Below, piece by piece: positions 60,873 through 64,000 of a DNA stretch of 64,000 bases. The position numbers were made by a program, and so were the translations under genes. Under the pieces are notes generated by a model. It had not been told where the DNA came from and ran no database searches. It was given only the letters and a program-made list of their open reading frames with translations. The stretch's first letter is position 1. Each line of letters begins with the position of its first letter. Source of the DNA: Myxococcota bacterium (lineage in GTDB: Bacteria; Myxococcota_A; UBA9160; JAFDDA01); assembly GCA_965228475.1 (NCBI GenBank), contig OZ245817.1, forward strand, positions 3,040,001-3,104,000, read 5' to 3'.

Positions 60873-61847
60873 GTGGCGAGCCCCCTCCCGAAATCCCTCC
60901 TCGACCGCCGCCTGATCTTCGTGACCGGCAAGGGCGGCACCGGAAAGACCAGCGTCGTCGGCGCCTTGGCCCAGGCGGCTGCGCGCGCGGGAAAGCGCGT
61001 CCTGGTCGCCGAGACCGGCCGCGACGAGGCCGTCTCCCGGCTGCTCGCGCCCGGCGAGCCGGAGGTCGGCTACCGCGGCCGGGAGGTGCAGCCCGGCCTC
61101 TTCGTCCTGCGCGTCGCCCCCTACGAAGCCCTCGCCGAATACATCGGCCTCCAGTTCGGCGTCCGTACGATGACGGACCTCGTCTTCCGCAACACCGCCT
61201 TCCGGCAGCTGATGGACGCGTCCCCCGGATGGCGGGAACTCATCACGCTCGGGAAGATCTGGCACCTGACCCAGGAGGAGGACGCGGAGGGCCGTCCCCG
61301 CCACGAGCTGTTGATCGTGGACGCACCGGCGACGGGCCACGGGATCACCTTCCTCGACGTCCCGCGCGTGGCCGCGGCGGCCGTCCGCGCCGGCCCCCTC
61401 GCGCGGCACGCCGGCTGGGTCGAGGACATGGTGAAGGATCCGGAGCACACGCGGCTCCTGCCCGTCGCGCTGGCCGAAGAACTCCCGGCCCGGGAGACGG
61501 CGGAGCTCGTCGGACGGCTGCAGACGGACGTCGGGGTCACGGTCGACCGCGTCGTGGTGAACGGGATCGCCCGATCGCCCGTTCCGCCCGAGGTGCCGGA
61601 CCTCGCCTCCCGGCTCGACGCCCTCCCCGACGATCTCGAACTCCCGGGCCTCCCGAGCCCGGCCGTGCTCGCGGCCTGCGTGCGGCACGGCGACGCCCGC
61701 GCCGCCCTGAACCGTCACTACGCCGAGGAGATCGAGCGCAGCATCGGTCTTCCCACCGTCGAGCTGCCCTTCCTCGAAGGCGGCATCAGCGGCCCCGACG
61801 ACCTGGCGCTCCTGGCCGAGTCGCTGCTCCCGGAGGGCGCGTCGTGA
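60873..61847 (+). CDS. ArsA/Get3-like ATPase, first of a pair
   Basis: FVTGKGGTGKTS, SPGWRELITLGKIW, IVDAPATGHG, AEELPARET. Confidence 0.88.
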   Translation: MASPLPKSLLDRRLIFVTGKGGTGKTSVVGALAQAAARAGKRVLVAETGRDEAVSRLLAPGEPEVGYRGREVQPGLFVLRVAPYEALAEYIGLQFGVRTMTDLVFRNTAFRQLMDASPGWRELITLGKIWHLTQEEDAEGRPRHELLIVDAPATGHGITFLDVPRVAAAAVRAGPLARHAGWVEDMVKDPEHTRLLPVALAEELPARETAELVGRLQTDVGVTVDRVVVNGIARSPVPPEVPDLASRLDALPDDLELPGLPSPAVLAACVRHGDARAALNRHYAEEIERSIGLPTVELPFLEGGISGPDDLALLAESLLPEGAS

Positions 61848-63049
61848 AGCCGGCCACCCCGGCCGCCCTGCTCGAATCGCGCCGCATCCTCGTCTGCGTC
61901 GGCAGCGGCGGGGTCGGCAAGACGACCGTCTCCGCGGCGATCGCCCTCGAGGCCGCCCGGCGCGGCCGCCGGACGCTGGTCCTCACGATCGACCCGGCGC
62001 GCCGGCTCGCGGACGCCCTCGGCCTGGCGAGTCTGACCGGCGAGCCGCGCGAGATCCCGCGCAACCTGCTCGCGCCGCTCGGCGTCCCCGAGGACGGCGC
62101 GCTCTACGCGATGATGCTCGACGTGAAGGGCACCCTCGACGGTCTCGTCGAGCGCTTCGCCGAAGACGAGGCCGCCCGCCGCCGCATCCTCGACAACCGG
62201 ATCTACCAGCACGTCTCCGACGCCCTCGCGGGCAGCGCCGAATACTCGGCCATGGAGAAGGTCTACGAGCTGTTCGAGCGCCACGACTTCGACCTGATCG
62301 TCGTCGACACGCCGCCCTCCCAGCACGCGCTCGACTTCCTCGAAGCGCCGCGCCGCCTGCTCGAGTTCATCGACAGCCGCATCGTGAAGCTCCTGCTGCA
62401 CCCGGCCTTCTCCGCCGGACGCTTCGGCTTCCGCCTCTTCCAGCGAAGCGCCTTCCGCGTCTTCCAGCTGATCGAGCGGGTCTCGGGCTTCGGCTTTCTC
62501 GAGGAGATCTCCGAGTTCCTGCTCGCCTTCGAAGGCATGGCCGAGGGATTTCGCGAACGGGCCCTGCGGGTCGAGTCCCTGCTCCTCGGCCCCGAGGCGG
62601 GCTTCATCCTCGCCGCTGGCGCCGCCGGAGAATCGGTGCACCACGGCCAGGCGCTGCTCGGACGGCTGGCCGAGGCCCGGGTACCGCTCTCGGGGATCGT
62701 GATGAACCGCGTGCGCACCTGGCCGGGCTCCGGGCCGCCGCCGGAGACCTTGCCGACCGACGGGGACGAGGCGAGCGCCGTCGCGGCCCTGGCCGAGGCC
62801 CTGGCGCGGGGCGCGGATTCCGAGGACTTCCCCGCCGAAACTGCAGCCCGGGCCGCCCTGCAGGCGGCGCGCGGACACGCCCGGGTGGTGGGCCGACAGC
62901 GCGCGGCGTGCGAGGATCTGCGCAAGGAAGCGCGGCAGCGAGGCCTCTTCTGGCGCACCGTTCCCGAGCTGCCGCGGGACGTCCACGACCTCGCCGGGCT
63001 GTCCCGCGTGGCCGAGCACGTCTTCGACGCAGCCGGAGAAAGCGCATGA
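61844..63049 (+). CDS. ArsA/Get3-like ATPase, second of a pair
   Basis: CVGSGGVGKTT, LTIDPARRLADALG, EYSAMEK, VDTPPSQHALDFLEAP, DVHDL. GTGA coupling to the first gene. Confidence 0.9.
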   Translation: MKPATPAALLESRRILVCVGSGGVGKTTVSAAIALEAARRGRRTLVLTIDPARRLADALGLASLTGEPREIPRNLLAPLGVPEDGALYAMMLDVKGTLDGLVERFAEDEAARRRILDNRIYQHVSDALAGSAEYSAMEKVYELFERHDFDLIVVDTPPSQHALDFLEAPRRLLEFIDSRIVKLLLHPAFSAGRFGFRLFQRSAFRVFQLIERVSGFGFLEEISEFLLAFEGMAEGFRERALRVESLLLGPEAGFILAAGAAGESVHHGQALLGRLAEARVPLSGIVMNRVRTWPGSGPPPETLPTDGDEASAVAALAEALARGADSEDFPAETAARAALQAARGHARVVGRQRAACEDLRKEARQRGLFWRTVPELPRDVHDLAGLSRVAEHVFDAAGESA

Positions 63050-63666
63050 GCGAACGCAAGAGACCGGGCCGCGCGGGAGACGAAGCCGCGATAAAGGAAG
63101 AACCCAGCCGGCGAAGCAGCGGACGTGCGCGCCGCGATGCGAGCCACGAGCGGGCAACCGAGACCGTCGAGCAGGCCCTCGCCCGTGCCGCAGACCACGG
63201 ACGCCGAGCCGCCTCCGAAGCGCTCCTCGCCGCGCGCGCGCTCCTCGACGCGCTTTCCCTCGCGCTCCACGGCGCGGGCGCGGACGAGCGCCGGATCCTC
63301 GGGCTCGCTGCCCGGAGTCTCGATGAACTGGCCGAAGGCCTCGCGGGCGGCCCCTCCCGGGCGGGCCTGCTCGATGCCGTCAGCGCCGCCCTCGACGCGG
63401 AGATCGCACGCTGGGAGGCCCGGGCGCGCAACGACGTCGACGCACGCGCCATCCTGCGCGCCTACCTCGGTCTGCGCGAGATCCTCTGGGAGTTCGGCGT
63501 GCGGCGGGCCTCGCCGCGCAAGCGAGACGAGGCGCCCCCGGAAGCCGCAGGCGCGACCCGACCCGGCCGGCCCGCCCCGGAGAAGGCGCCCTCGAGCCCG
63601 CGTCCCCGGCGCAGCCCGCCGGGCGGCCGCAGCGGCCGTATGAAGCGCGTCCCGGTCGAAAACTGA
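63046..63666 (+). CDS. Hypothetical helical protein
   Basis: ATGA overlap with the second ArsA gene. Helical core ALDAEIARWE...RAILRAYLGLREILWEFG, basic tail ending RVPVEN. Confidence 0.7.
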   Translation: MSERKRPGRAGDEAAIKEEPSRRSSGRARRDASHERATETVEQALARAADHGRRAASEALLAARALLDALSLALHGAGADERRILGLAARSLDELAEGLAGGPSRAGLLDAVSAALDAEIARWEARARNDVDARAILRAYLGLREILWEFGVRRASPRKRDEAPPEAAGATRPGRPAPEKAPSSPRPRRSPPGGRSGRMKRVPVEN

Positions 63667-63723
63667 CGGCTTTGGGCCGGGGCCTGACGGCCGTTCCGGC
63701 CGTGTGCTAGGAGTCCGGGCGAG

Positions 63724-64000
63724 ATGGCCATCCTCATCAAGCGCTACGCGAACCGCAAGCTCTACAACACCGAGACGAGTCGGTACATCACGTTGAAGGG
63801 CATCGCCGAGCTCATCGAGAGCGGCGACGAAGTTCGCGTCGTGGACAACGAGACGGGCGAGGACATCACGTCCATCGCGCTCTCGCAGATCCTCGTCGAC
63901 AACGAGCGCACGAAGGGGGGCGCCTCGGGCTCCGTCCTGACCGAGCTGATCCAGCGCGGCGGGGACGCCCTCTACGGGGCCCTGCGGCGCGGCGTCGGCG
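63724..64000 (+). CDS. phaR: PHA synthesis regulator PhaR-type DNA-binding protein (runs off the right edge)
   Basis: Manual translation MAILIKRYANRKLYNTETSRYITLKGIAELI..G..VRVVDNETGEDIT..LSQI matches the PHB_acc_N pattern. Confidence 0.85.
   Translation, partial: MAILIKRYANRKLYNTETSRYITLKGIAELIESGDEVRVVDNETGEDITSIALSQILVDNERTKGGASGSVLTELIQRGGDALYGALRRGVG

Noticed and set aside
60873..63049. Arsenic resistance operon
   Set aside because: No arsB, acr3, arsC, arsD or arsR; the split pair belongs to the non-resistance ArsA/Get3-like type.

Overview
This is a very GC-rich, gene-dense bacterial chromosome segment. Gene content (RomY-like gene before ftsEX, System I*-type ccm operon, PEP-CTERM protein, ArsA pair plus PhaR) suggests Myxococcota or a related deltaproteobacterial lineage; that placement is inference only. 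About 62 CDSs can be supported. Most are core genes: TPR/lolB-like, cysC, iscS/iscA, xseAB-ispA-dxs-tlyA, ftsEX-envC-ctpA, cofDCE, engB, ccmEF-X-ABCD, hisIG, plsB, ffh, mltD-like, rlmN, trmB, sppA, manB and tatA. No tRNA, rRNA, CRISPR array or transposase was seen. The best candidates for undescribed biology are: (1) a ~480-nt, extensively base-pairable non-coding region behind a near-consensus sigma70 promoter, leading into a small Zn-ribbon protein whose core resembles a phage tail-tip domain (30830-31931); (2) a MerR / ParA fused to a glycogen-binding domain / Walker-A-less FlhG-like / dead NucS-like / ECF sigma operon, a candidate glycogen-granule positioning system (51839-55751); (3) an ArsA/Get3-like ATPase pair linked to a PhaR-type regulator; (4) a beta-propeller plus single TolC-like repeat protein coupled to a lamin-tail PEP-CTERM protein; (5) four phased 21-bp repeats between manB and tatA. 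All family calls come from motif recognition by eye and were not checked by database search.
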